Source: Octopus vulgaris
Lineage: Eukaryota
Direction: 5' to 3'
Assembly (NCBI GenBank): GCA_951406725.2
Contig: OX597815.1
Location: 112,840,001 to 112,904,000, forward strand
DNA: 64,000 nucleotides
Position 1 is the first letter of the stretch; each line of letters opens with the position of its first letter. Shown here piece after piece: positions 14,285 through 29,843 of the stretch. A program made the position numbers and the translations under genes. The notes under the pieces were generated by a model. The model was not told the origin of the DNA, made no database searches, and saw nothing but the letters and a program-made list of their open reading frames with translations.

Positions 14285-14890
14285 AAACATTACTATTTAT
14301 ATCAACACACAACCCAAGAAACAGAGAGGCATTCAACACTATTGTGCAAACTCTTCCTTTACTAAGTAGAGATCCAAAAATGAACGACATCCTGAAAACA
14401 TACAAACTCATCGAATGCAAAAGACAAAACAAATCGCTAAAGAGACTACTAACAAATGCGAAGCTTTACAAAACAACCACGAAACCAACAGTTGAAAATT
14501 GTGGACGCCCAAACTGTGGAACCTGTCCCAACCTGCTTGAAGGCTTGGATTTCCTTTTCAAACAAGGACAGAGGTTTACAATTAAAACTAGTTTCACCTG
14601 TGCCTCTGAGAACCTAATTTATGTAATAACCTGCACGGGTTGCGGACACCAGTACATTGGACAAACGCGTATGACCTTGAGAAAGAGGACCACTCTACAT
14701 AAGGAGCAAATCCGTTTCCCGCAATACAGACACATTCTTCTCAATGGACATATAGAAAAATGTACAGGTAACATCAAACCAAATTTCACAGTCTTCCCTT
14801 TCTACCAGTGCAAGGACGCAATCTGTCAACTAGAACGTTAAACCTTTTTTCATTGAAAAATACAAAACACGTCTTAATATGTACACATAA
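14285..14890 (+). pseudogene. Penelope-like element 3' fragment: Zn-finger linker plus GIY-YIG endonuclease (Neptune-like)
   Basis: ORF 14344-14841 reads CGRPNCGTC...FTCASENLIYVITCTGCGHQYIGQT...LRKR..LH. HNPRN lies upstream and a frameshifted FFIEKYKTRLN end follows. No RT core. Flanked by TA tracts. Confidence 0.9.
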
Positions 14891-14999
14891 CCAACTTTTA
14901 TATTTTTACATATTTTAATTCACGATTACATCACTGTACATAAATCCTCTACTAAACAAGGTTTTTAAAACCTGTCTCTGTTCTGTACACCTATTGAAT

Positions 15000-15103
<104 letters not shown>

Positions 15104-15112
15104 GTATATATA

Positions 15113-15458
15113 GTGAAGGCGCATGGCTCAGTGGTTAGAGCGTCGAGCTTACGATCGTGAGGTTGTGAGCTCGAATCCCGGACCGGGCTGCGTGTTGTGT
15201 TCTCGAGCAAGGCACTTTATTTCACGTTGCTCCAGTTCACTCAGCTGTAGAAATGAGTTGCGACGTCACTGGTGCCAAGCTGTATCGACCTTTGTCTTTC
15301 CCTTGGATAACACTGGTGGCGTGGAGAGGGGAGGCTGATATGCATGGGCGACTGCTGGCCTTCCATAAAAACAACCTTGCCCAGACTTGTGTCTAGGAGG
15401 GTAACTTTCTAGGTGCAATCCCATGGTCATTCATGACCGAAGGGGGTCTTTAGCCTTT
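15113..15458 (+). mobile_element. tRNA-derived CORE-type SINE, family C
   Basis: A box TGGCTCAGTGG, B-box-like AGCTCGAATCC, CORE-like GAGCAAGGCACTTTATTTCAC...CAGTTCACTCAGCTGTAGAAATGAGT. Inserted in (TA)n. Confidence 0.85.
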
Positions 15459-15466
15459 ATATATAT

Positions 15467-15524
<58 letters not shown>

Positions 15525-16110
15525 TTTATATGTAATTAGTTTAGAATTAAATAATTCCTTCATTTCCTTACTTTCCTCTACCTCCTCTCTCCTCCCTTAC
15601 ATATATTCTCCCACTTCCAGCTCCTTTCTCCCTTCCTTTATATCTCTTTACGCTTACCCTTTCCCTCTTTCTTGCATCTCTTACTCTTTTTCTGATCTCC
15701 CCTCCTCCCTTTCATATCCTCCTCTTCTCTCATTTCTCTTTCCTTTCCATCTCACATCTACCTCTCCTCTCGTCACCTCACCCTCTCTCTCATATACTTC
15801 TCATTTGCCCATTCTTCTCACTCCGTCTCTCCCTCTCTCTCACATCCTTCATCCTGTCTCTCCTTCACTCTGTCTCTCCTCCTATTCCCCTCCTCTCCCC
15901 CTCCCCTACCTTCCTCTATCTTTTTAACACACCACACCCCCTTGCTTTCCTCCTATCACCCTCTCGATTTCTTTCATAGCACCTCTCTCTTTCCTTCCTA
16001 TCTCCCTCTCTCTTTCCCTATTTCCCCCCTCTGTGTTTCTCCGTCTCTACCTCTCTCTATCCCTCATTACCTCTATAGCCTCTACTCCCCCTCTGGACCT
16101 CAAAACGAAG

Positions 16111-16944
16111 ATGGCAGCAAAGTGGGAAAAGAAAGAGTTAAATCTTCTGCTGAGAGCATGGACGATTGCTAGTGGCAATCCGCCGAACAACATCATCACT
16201 GCCGCGCTAAAAAACAATGGATTTCATAGAACCATTGACCAGATAGAGCGAAAGAAAAGTGAGTTTATCCGGTCTTACATGCTTATAAAACCACACATCA
16301 AAACACTGGACAACATAATTGAAAATTATTGTGGCAAAGATGATGAGGATGAAGAGGACGAAAAAGAGAAGGAAGCTGGAAGTCTCTGTGATCCAGGGGT
16401 TCCTCACGAAAATGAATCACCTACCCCAGTGAACGACCAGGTAGTGGAGGATAGGGGAGCCAAGGGAGCAGAAACCGGAAGCCCCCCTGTACGAGTGGTC
16501 CTACGAAGAAATGAAAAATTAGAAAAACAGAAGAAAACAGGAAGGACTGAAACAAAAATAAGGAGGGAAAAGAAGGTAAAGGCAAAACAACCAAAGCTGA
16601 AACCCCAACCCACCACACAAACAGCAGAGAACCCCATGGAGGATCCAATGCCACCCAGTACACTTCAGGAAAGAAGAAATCTGGAAGGCATCGAAGAACC
16701 TGTAAGTTCTACCTGCGAGGCAAATGTTGGCATGGTGAGGACAGCAAAAACTGCCGGTTCGCCCACCCGACACCCCACTAGAACTTCAGGGGACTCAAAG
16801 AGAAAAACTTTACCGAGGGAACACAAGAAATGTCTCCCAGGAAAACTTTCAAAAACGAAGTGCGCTCCTCAGATGTTCTGCGCAACGCAGCAGCTGAGCA
16901 AGAGTCTTTTTTATGCATGGCGCAAAGAATTGTCCGGCAGATAA
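16111..16944 (+). CDS. LINE ORF1-like protein with N-terminal Myb/SANT-like motif and acidic/basic low-complexity region (C-terminus probably frameshifted)
   Basis: ATG at 16111: MAAKWEKKELNLLLRAW...ITAALKNNGFHRTIDQIERKKSEF. Lies directly upstream of the endonuclease. Confidence 0.65.
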   Translation: MAAKWEKKELNLLLRAWTIASGNPPNNIITAALKNNGFHRTIDQIERKKSEFIRSYMLIKPHIKTLDNIIENYCGKDDEDEEDEKEKEAGSLCDPGVPHENESPTPVNDQVVEDRGAKGAETGSPPVRVVLRRNEKLEKQKKTGRTETKIRREKKVKAKQPKLKPQPTTQTAENPMEDPMPPSTLQERRNLEGIEEPVSSTCEANVGMVRTAKTAGSPTRHPTRTSGDSKRKTLPREHKKCLPGKLSKTKCAPQMFCATQQLSKSLFYAWRKELSGR

Positions 16945-17017
16945 CCTGGCTACACCAAGCACAGAGAAGGAACCCTACCCACCACTATGCAAGACCACTA
17001 CAGTCAACAGACACGGG

Positions 17018-19951
17018 ATGGCCTCCCCTAACGCCTGCACAGCCGTCACCCCAATACTTTTACTAAATATTGGGGGCCTGTTGCATCAAAATAGAAACAA
17101 AATTTCTTTCCTGGGAGATCTTACTGCATGCAATCAAGCCCTATGCATAGCACTTGCGGACACTCACCTCAACCCTGATATAGAGGACGCAGAAGTACTC
17201 ATACGAAACTATGCCATACTGCGAACAGACAGAAGGGAAAGGAGCCATGGTGGAGTTACTGTATACATCCGAGATGACCTCACACCCCAGGTCTTAATGA
17301 CATACTCAAATTCGGTATGTGACACTTTAATTGTATACATAAGACAACATAATATGCAATACATATATCCCACCGGATGCCCCAAATCACATAGGCAAGT
17401 TTGAAGATTGCCTCAAAAGAATTAAAGAAATCATCATGAATCTGGAACACCACATGACCATATTTCTTATGGGTGATTTCAACATCCCCAACGTCAAATG
17501 GCCCGAAGGTCACATACTCTCAGTAATGAATCATTGCAAGCAAGTACATGTGGAGTCCCTGCTCAATCTCACCAATGCCTTATTCATGGAGCAAGTTGTA
17601 CTCAAGCCAACTAGGGAGAATAACATTCTGGATCTCTGCTTCACGAACAATATGGACATCATTCATGATGTGAAAGTGACACCGACATCAGTTTCGGATC
17701 ACAACATAATAGAGCTGTCTATGTTTGGGCCAAAAGTAACCAGAGACATACAGCCTAAAGGAAGCACCCGAAATCTCTCCAATCTGAACTTCCACAAAGC
17801 AGATTGGAAATCGATCCAAAAAGAGATCCTCAGAGAGGACTGGCCGGAATGTCTCTCCACACCAGACATTGACATGAAACTAGAATGTTTCATGTGTTCT
17901 GTGCAAGCCGTATGCCAGAAATGTGTCCCAGAGCACAAGGCCAAAACAAATAGGAGCAAGATTCCAAGAGACAGGAAGATCCTCATGAGACGACGGACGA
18001 AGGTTGCAAATCGTCTCAACCAACATCCCAAAAGTAGCGAAACGTCCCGCCTAAAAACAACACTGATGGAGATCGAAAAAAGGCTGCAACAATCCTATGT
18101 GAAGGAGAAAGCAGACAAAGAAGCCTGGGTTATAAAAAACATTAAATCAAACCCAAAGGCCTTCTTTCATTACGCGAAAGAAACAGTCTCAGTGCACTAC
18201 AAGATAGGACTCCTCCTCCAAAAGGATGGCTCCCTCACAGACAGTCCAGCTACGATCAGTGAGATGCTGAATGACCAGTTCAAATGTGTCTTTACCACCC
18301 CGTTGGAACACAGCCAAGTGAACAAACCAGTGGACTTCTTTGCCGCCTCACCTATAACCAGCGAGGCGGTTACAATAGAATGTATTGACATTAGCGAAAA
18401 AGATGTCCTACTAGCCATAGATGAAGTGGACACAAACTCAGCTGCTGGTCCAGACGGTTTCCCAGCCATCCTCCTCAAAGCGTGTAAGCATGCACTGGCA
18501 AAACCCCTCAAGAATCTCTTCCAGAGCTTTCTTGCGAATGGCAAACTGCCAAGCAAGCTGAAGGGGGGAATAATATGCCCAATACATAAAGGGGGAAGTA
18601 GAGCAGATGCCAAAAACTATAGGCCTATCTCTCTGACTTCACACATCAGCAAAGTCATGGAACGGATAGTCAGAAAGAAACTAATCGCATTCCTTGAGGA
18701 AAATAACTTGCTGAGTGATACCCAGCATGGTTTTCGACCAGGTAGGAGCTGCCTGACCCAGCTCTTACAGCATTATGACTGGGTGTTGAGGCAGTTACTC
18801 AACAAATCAAATGTGGACGTAATCTACCTTGATTTTGCAAAAGCTTTTGACAAGGTGGATCATGGTATGATATGCCACAAACTGCGTGACCTCGGCATAG
18901 CTGGAAAACTTGGAGTGTGGTTGCATGACTTCCTGAAAGATAGGAGTCAGGCAGTAGTGGTTAATGGAGCCACCTCTATGAATACACAAATAGTGAGCGG
19001 TGTTCCACAGGGCACTGTCTTGGGACCACTGCTTTTTATAGTGGCCCTCTCAGATATGCCCTCAGCTGCCCGGATAGCCCAGCGATGTTGCACACCTGCA
19101 GCAGGAGTTGGACTCAATCTACAGATGGGCTGAGGATAATAATATGCAGTTTAATGCTGAAAAATCCCAGGCCCTGTGCTACCAGCATCCAAAATTGAAT
19201 ATTAAACTTACAGGATACACCGGTCCACAGGGAATTTCAATCCCAGAGCCTAAGTCTGTGAGGGACCTGGGTATCGACATATATATATACAATCTTTCCA
19301 AGTGCACATTACCAGGATGGCGACAAAGTGCAGACGACTGGCTGGATGGATCCTAAGAACATTCAGAGCCAGAGATAAGGAAACCATGATGGTCCTCTGG
19401 CGGACATTCGTCCTCAGCCGCCTGGATTACTGCTCACAGCTATGGTCACTCACCAGTGTAAAATTAACAGCGGACCTTGAAGCAATCCAGAGAAGATTCA
19501 CAAAGAAGATCGTCTCTTTGCAACAGCTCAGCTACTGGGAAAGGTTGAAACAGCTAAGACTCTACTCCCTGGAGAGAAGACGGGAGAGTTATGCAGTAAT
19601 ATATGTCTGGAAGATCCTGGAAGGAATTGTGCCAAATTTGGCATTGTAAGCTACACCAATGCTAGAACGGGATGTCACTGCATAGTGCCAAAGATCCCAG
19701 CAATGCCATCACGCTTCAGGACCAGCTTCTGCAACAGCCTGGGTTTCAAGGGTCCACAGCTTTTTAATATTCTCCCAAAGAGTCTGAAGAACTTGCACAA
19801 AGTAGATGTAGCGGTTTTTAAATCAAAGCTGGACATCTTCCTGTCAAGAGTTCCAGATGAACCTACCTCACGGCAAGAGGTGCAAATAAGAGTAGCTATA
19901 TCAAACTCCATTCTTCACCAAGTGCCACATATTAGACGAGGCTCGTCGTAA
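17018..19951 (+). pseudogene. LINE ORF2 (APE endonuclease plus reverse transcriptase), frameshifted, YADD deleted
   Basis: LNIGGL, DTHL, RTDR..GGV, MGDFN, NILDL, SDH; YRPISLTS, QHGFR, YLDFAKAFD, GVPQGTVLGPLLF; LDYCSQLW, YWERLKQLRLYSLERRR. Split over five ORFs. Confidence 0.95.
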
Positions 19952-20015
19952 TAACAGTGTAGCACAAAACGGCGGTGCATCAGCATGGCCGCAGCTCTGA
20001 GCTGAAACTAGAAAT

Positions 20016-22975
<2,960 letters not shown>

Positions 22976-23005
22976 ATCCCACTCGTGCGATACCCCACAA
23001 CTCAA

Positions 23006-23063
<58 letters not shown>

Positions 23064-23193
23064 CATATATATATATATATAGTGGGGTGAAGACAGCTTG
23101 TTCTTTGTCTATCTCCTTAACTTCTTGGTGATTTTAGGTATAATTATACTAATATCTCTATCTGTTCTAATTTAATTAAATTCTATGTCTTTG

Positions 23194-23280
23194 TGCAGCT
23201 GAGGATTGCTCTGCATTTTAAATTGATGTAATGATTGCATTGTTCAATTAAATGGAGTTGCGTGAACCGATCGTACTGCA
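23194..23280 (+). ncRNA. Type I hammerhead ribozyme motif with one core substitution
   Basis: TGCAG-CTGAGGA-long helix II-GAACC-GATC-GTA-CTGCA. Helix I TGCAG/CTGCA is perfect; GAAAC reads GAACC. Confidence 0.68.
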
Positions 23281-23618
23281 TTACCTCTGGATATCTTTGT
23301 TGCTTATTTTGATTTTGATCACCTTACTTTGAAATTACATGGGTATATACCGTACTAAATTCTGCTGCTTCAACTTAAGTACCATATTCATCTGAATCTA
23401 AATTTTTACTGAACTCATCTACCGTACCCAATATATGTGTGTGTCTGTGTGCGTGCGTGTGTGTGTGTGTGTGTGTCTGTCTGTCTGTCTGCGTGTGTGT
23501 GTATACATATACGTGTACATATGCGTATGTGCGTGTATGTGTGCGTCTGAGTTATATATTGATAGATATAATTTTGTAAGCATACGTACACATATGTATC
23601 TATATATACATATATATG

Positions 23619-24655
23619 TTGGGTCAACCCATAAATAATGTGGTTTTCTCAATTACAAATACTAAAAGTCGGAAGGGGAAGGTTAAATTACCTTCATCAA
23701 CTTGCTATAAAAGCAGGTAGTAATTTTACCTTTTACTTATTCCCAGTGCAAGTTTTGAAGAGTGCAGTTCGATTTTAACAGTTATTTTTTCAAAGCTATA
23801 ATGGGAGCGACAATGAGTGCATTTTGCTTTATGAGTTCAATAAAGGCAACAACCCAGCAGAAAATGCGAGGAATATTAATGCAGTATATGTGGATCGGGC
23901 AATAAGAGTACGCCAGTGTCAAAGCTGGTTCCAGAAATTCGGAGCCGGAAACTGCAGCCTAGAAGATGAGCCTCGACCTGAAGGATCTGTAGAGCTCAAC
24001 GAGGACATCTTGCAAGCCCTGATGGAGCAAAATTCCATCGTAACAATTGAGGAGCTGGCAGAGAAGCTTAGATTTGGTCATTTAACCATTCATTTACACC
24101 TTCCGTGCCATCGAAAAAGTCAGTAATTTGAGTGAATCGGTTCCTCACAACTTTCCGAGTCTAATCGCGCGCAGAGAGTGAATGCGTTCTCTCCTTTGCT
24201 GTCACGTCTCACGAATGAACCTTTTTCGGACCGAATGTCAAGCCCCGAAGAGAGTGGGTAGGAAAAGAAGAAACATTGGCACCCCAGACTAAAGAAATTC
24301 TCTACCCACGTAAGGTGTTGTTATGGTGGGATATGAAAGGTTTAGTCCACTTTGAACTTTTAAACACAAACCAAACGATAACAAAGGAGATCTACATCGA
24401 GCAGCTTGAGCGGCTTAAGTGAGCACTAAGAACACCTACCATCTTTGGTTACAAGACGAAAGGTGTTTTCCATCAGGATAATGCTTCGGCACATACAACG
24501 AGGATGACATTCGAAAGACTAGAGCAGTTTGAACGTGAAACAATGCCCAATCCACCATATTCGCCAGACATTTCCTCATCTGTTTATCATTAATTCCGTA
24601 ATCTTTGAAATCATTTGGACAGAAAGAATATGAATTCTGTAGTCGAAGTCAGAAT
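23619..24655 (+). mobile_element. Mariner (Mos1/Hsmar-like, DD34D) relic, 3'-truncated
   Basis: Left TIR TTGGGTCAACCCATAAATAATG. ORF LYEFNKG...WFQKF..GNCSLEDEPR, then VPHN, FHQDNA, PPYSPDISSS. The first catalytic D region appears deleted. Confidence 0.9.
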
Positions 24656-25371
24656 GTGTATGTGTGTGTGCGTGCTTGTATGTATGTGCGTGTGTGTTTG
24701 TGTGGGGGGGGGCGTGTGGGGAGGGTGCACTAAGAGAAATTTAATTTTTAATGAAAATACTATGAATCGAAAAGAGCATTATATGTGAAGGAAAGTTTTG
24801 TTTAGAGCGATTTAATATTTTATTGTGATTATATATGTTTTTAGCCATTTTAATCGGCAAAAATTTACAGTAGTATCTCAATGGCCTAGTGTTTCGTGCA
24901 CAGTATTCATCAACCTGACTCCTCATATGGAGTGTATCACAAATTTTCCTGTAACGTGTATTATACTTCTTGTGGGAACATTATCCTTTTTCACATTTAT
25001 TCATTTGCTTATACTCAAATATGTATACATATACATTATTGTCACCTTTAAGTAAGTGCTTCAGCGCATTCTTCTATCTGACAGCCAATGAAATTGATTT
25101 TATCGTTTTCTTTTAAATCCTTAAGATGTAATAATTCAAATTTTATTTATAAAATTTACTAATTTGTTTATTTAAACAGTGTAGCAATTTTTCTTTCATT
25201 TTCTTATTTTATCTCATTATATAATGCAATACATCAGCAATTCTCAATATCTTTAGATTCGCACATACTTAGTTTTACATACATACTCCAGGTATTTGTA
25301 AATTTTATGCGTGGTGAGAGAGTTTGTGTACGGTATATACATACACACACATGTATATATATATATATATA

Positions 25372-25460
<89 letters not shown>

Positions 25461-26574
25461 TGTATGTATGTATGTATAAGAATATGTGTGTATGTTCGTA
25501 TGTTTATTCTATCGAAAGTTTGACAGTCTACTATGAGTTTCACCTCGAGCTGAGCTGTCGACGGCAGTCGTGAATTATATATCAGATGATGTTTGAAAAT
25601 ATGCAAATTATATTTTTTATATACTTCACAATTTGTACTCTACGATATATAATGAGAGAGCTGTAGTATACTTATATTCAATACTTTAAACTTCTTAGAT
25701 GTACTTCCCCAGTGCATGAGCACTAAAGTTGCTTTTGATTCCCTAGAGCTGTTTGAATTTTGCACTAAAGAAGTGCAGCTATGTCTCACCTTAAGTGGCA
25801 CTGTGTTGTTTGCCTTTTCTGATTTGTGAATATTTAAATACCATATAGGTATTATTACAAATATGACATGAACGCGTCTGATGGAATGATCGTCGTATCG
25901 CTTGGGCCGACTGTATGAAGACGGGTTTTGCAAAGTGAAGTAAAGTCAGCCTTTGAAAGGCAAGTCTAACCACACGCTGAGCAACTAAAGAATTGCACTA
26001 TTTCTATGTCTAGCAAGGTGTTATTTCTATGTAGTTATCCTCTGATTCTTACATACTTTTGCTTCTTTACTTCAAAATCTTTTATCGAAGACCACCTCTT
26101 TCGTGACCCCTTATCTCTGTAAATAGCAATAAATTTAACATCATTTTATGATATATAATAGAGAAAGAAAGAGAGAGAGGACACAGAGAGGGAGACTAAG
26201 AGACAGACAGAGATAAATATATATATATATGTATGTATGCATGTATGTATGTATGTAGGTATGTATTCATGTAGATTTAGTAGTATGTACCAATTGAATA
26301 CTCGACGATAAACAACGTTAATGTGTTGCGTGTTCAATTCAAAGTCTAATATTAAAGTGAATATAATTTTTCATTTTGTTTATTTCACCACGAACATAAT
26401 ATTTATATACACTTTTGCATTAGTTGAATAAATAACAGCATTTGAAAATAACCGAATGAGAGGCATTTAGTCATTGTTACATGCTCGTATATACTACTAT
26501 AACTCTTCATAATTAGCGAGAGTAAGTTAAGTTAAAGAAATAAGAATGGCTTTCCTGAGATTCACAAACATGGC

Positions 26575-26790
26575 GTTTCAAATTTTGGCACAAGGCCAAC
26601 AAGTTCGGGGGGAAAGTAAGTAGATTATACATCGACCCCAGTGTTTCACTGGTACTTATATTATCGACCCCCCAAAAGATGAAACGCAAAGTCGACCTCG
26701 GCGTAATTAGAACTGAGAAAGTAAAGGCGGACGAAATGCCGCTAAGCATTTTACCCAGCGTGCTAACGATTCTGCCAGCTTTTCGCCTTG
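26575..26790 (-). mobile_element. SINE family D copy
   Basis: ATCGACCCC...GAAACGCAAAGTCGACCTCGGCG...GCTAACGATTCTGCCAGCT. Confidence 0.8.
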
Positions 26791-26952
26791 CAACCCTTAT
26801 TAATATTGTAGACAGAATAATTGAGAAGACACTACATACAAAAAACTACATAACCTATAGAATGCGATGGCTCACTTTTTTATTAGATCTGCACGCCTTT
26901 CTACATACCGACAGCACAAAGTTCCAAGACATTCATATATATATATATATAT

Positions 26953-27220
26953 AAATCAAATAAGGGTAGAAATTGATATCAATCAATTAAAAGCAGTGGC
27001 CTAGCATATTTTAAAACAATCCGAAGATTAAACATTTTTGTACATGCAAAATTTAGAGGACTGACCACTAAAAGTGGACAGCCTATATGATAGATATAGA
27101 CGTCAAATCGCCATTTTCCACGAAAAATGTGTTCTCAAGAAAAAACTCAACAAAAAACCAAAATGGCGATTTGACGTCTATATCTGGCACTTTTAGTGGT
27201 CGGTCCTCTAAATTTTGTAT
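26953..27220. repeat. Short Penelope-type terminal fragment with internal inverted repeat
   Basis: AAAATTTAGAGGACTGACCACTAAAAGTG..AGATATAGACGTCAAATCGCCATTTT is mirrored at 27160-27217. Start (ATAAGGGT...GTGGCCTAG) resembles the 41470 unit. Confidence 0.75.
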
Positions 27221-27551
27221 ATATATATATATATATACATATATATACGAAAGCACGCAGAGAGACACACATACATGGTTATTTATTCATTATTTTATAG
27301 AATTAAATTGTATTTTCTAATCTATTTTACATTTCTACATTCTATATTTCAGTTCTATATTTAGTTGTTGTTATTTTGAAATGTATGCTTAATGGAGAAT
27401 TATATTTGTTTAATTATGGAACTCAGATGAGTTTTATTTTATATGTGTTCAATTTAAAATTTTGTTATTTGCGTTATCTTTACTATATCTAGCTATAGAA
27501 GATTTGTTCTCAATATAAGTGTGAAGTATATACATATACATATATATATAT

Positions 27552-27603
<52 letters not shown>

Positions 27604-28180
27604 CATATAAACGAACATAAATATCTATAAGTTTTTATTCTTTTTTATGTTTATGTTACAAGTACACAATTGTAATTTTTTCTTAAGTTTAATTTTCAAA
27701 ATATCATTGACGAAATCTGCCAAACTGAGCGAGTAGATAATTGGAATATTGGAATATTGAATAAATATAAAATATATTAACCATATTTCTCTTTTAGAAA
27801 TATATTTTTGAAATTCCCGTTAATATAATATCCGTAGAAAGAAATTATAACGAACCCAAATGTATTTAATGTGCGTTTCACCTTCTATGTGAATCAAATT
27901 TATTAAATATGTTCACGACCTTCTTAGAACACAAACCACAAGATTGCTTTGAGAATAAAACTACTTTCCTCTATCAGGCTAATCTGTAAAAGGGCAAAAA
28001 GACTTCCAAAACAATAGAAATCTAATGTACTGTATAAACCCATATGCATGTGTGTGTAAAAGCGCGCGAGAAAGAGACAAACAGACAGAGAAGGAAACAA
28101 AGGAATTAACGCTGCATACGTTAACTCGGAACTATTCACCGGAACGTGTTACCTTCCATTCCTTTAACTTACTTCAGTAA

Positions 28181-28696
28181 TCCAGTTATTATATATAAAA
28201 CTGTAGTTGTGTGAGTGTCTGTCCCCTTCGATTTAGATTCCTAACTACTCCCACATTTTGCGGTGCAGTTTAACCAAATTCGGGTATCTTATAGTCGTGA
28301 TTCATATCGAGCCCGTCTGACTATTAGCGCGCGTCAACGATGAGTCTACGATTTTAAAAATAATTTAACATCATTTTTTATTCCATTTTAATCATAATTT
28401 TTCGTGTGTCGATGGCGGCGGAGTTGGCGTCCACGGTCACACCTACACCTGTTTGCTTCTCCCCCTTCTTCCCTCCCTTGTGAAGCTGTGGGGAAGGGAG
28501 TGTAAGGAAATCAACGTCGTAAAGCGTTGTCAAGGAGACCAGCGTTCTTTTAGAACAACGACTTCATGGCTTGAAGACACCAAAACAGAAATGGCTAAGA
28601 AAGCCCGAATTGGCATCTATAAGGGAAGTAACTCTCTAAAAATGCTTATATAGTTATTTCCCTTACAAACCCGAGCAACGCCGGGCGATACTGCTA

Positions 28697-28697
<1 letters not shown>
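28181..28697 (+). mobile_element. Non-autonomous Helitron
   Basis: A|TC start, TATATAAAA, 3' hairpin CCCGAGCAACGCCGGG, CTAG|T. Confidence 0.8.
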
Positions 28698-28761
<64 letters not shown>

Positions 28762-28853
28762 TAATCCAAACAAGAAAACAAAAAGACAACAACGCAAGGA
28801 TGTGGAACAAATAAAGTATTATTGGACGCTCAGGAAAGAAGGGAACAAGGAGG

Positions 28854-28888
28854 GTTTGACGTTTCGAGCGGTGCTCTTCGTCGGAAAC
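28854..28888 (-). ncRNA. Minimal hammerhead motif in a short element (~28760-28985)
   Basis: Minus strand: GTTT-CCGACGA-AGAGCACCGCTC-GAAAC-GTC-AAAC, with a U-to-C change in the core. Homologous element at 41165-41390. Confidence 0.72.
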
Positions 28889-29006
28889 ATAGGAGAAAGA
28901 AAGATCCCGAGACGGGAGGACAGAGGAAAAAAATTGCAGGTAGTATTCACGAGGTCACATACTAAAAAGACGGAAGTGGTAAAAATATATATATATATAT
29001 ACATAT

Positions 29007-29110
<104 letters not shown>

Positions 29111-29163
29111 CATACATACATACATATATACATACATATATATATACATACATATATACATAC

Positions 29164-29198
<35 letters not shown>

Positions 29199-29304
29199 TG
29201 TATGTATGTATGTGTGTGTGTGTGTCTGCGAGTGTGTGTATCACCGTTATTATTATTATTATTATTATTATTATTCCTTTCATTCAGCCTCTCTCTTTCG
29301 GTTA

Positions 29305-29615
29305 TTTTGTTTTGTTTGTTCCTTCTCGAGCCATACCTGGCTCATAAGGGCCGGTTTCCCGGTTTCTTGGCGTATAGGTTCCCCACCTGGACGGGACGCC
29401 AGTCCATCGCAGGAGAGCTGCAAGATGCAGGAGGAAAGAGAGAGAGAAAGTTGTGGCGAAAGAGTCAGCAGAAGTTTCGCCATTACCTACTGCCGAAGCT
29501 GCGTGGAGCTTAGGTATTTTGCTCATAAACACACACATCGTCCGGTCTGAGATTCGAACCCGCGATCCCTCGACTGCAAGTCCGCTGCTCTAACCACTAG
29601 GCCATGTGCCTCCAC
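29305..29615 (-). mobile_element. tRNA-derived SINE, family A
   Basis: Close match to 4034-4349. Confidence 0.88.
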
Positions 29616-29808
29616 TTCCGGCCATTTCACTATGTTGAACCGTTAATCTCTACAGTTTATTCTCGCCGTCTTTTTTTTTCCTTTTAATCCTTTCTGTGGA
29701 AGAGTGTAGGATCGAACCGTAAAAGGTTTTTCCATTTTTCTCGAGCGTTAAAGTGCTTGTTGTTCCTACACCTGTTTCCGTCTTTTGTCGTCTGTAAATT
29801 TGAACTAC

Positions 29809-29843
<35 letters not shown>

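Noticed and set aside
15113-15190. tRNA-like sequences (also at 4280-4349, 11560-11629, 29545-29615, 43230-43298)
   Set aside because: They continue directly into SINE bodies and lack a proper acceptor stem, so they are SINE heads and not tRNA genes.
17699-18989. Antisense ORFs within the LINE
   Set aside because: Shadow frames of the RT coding region.
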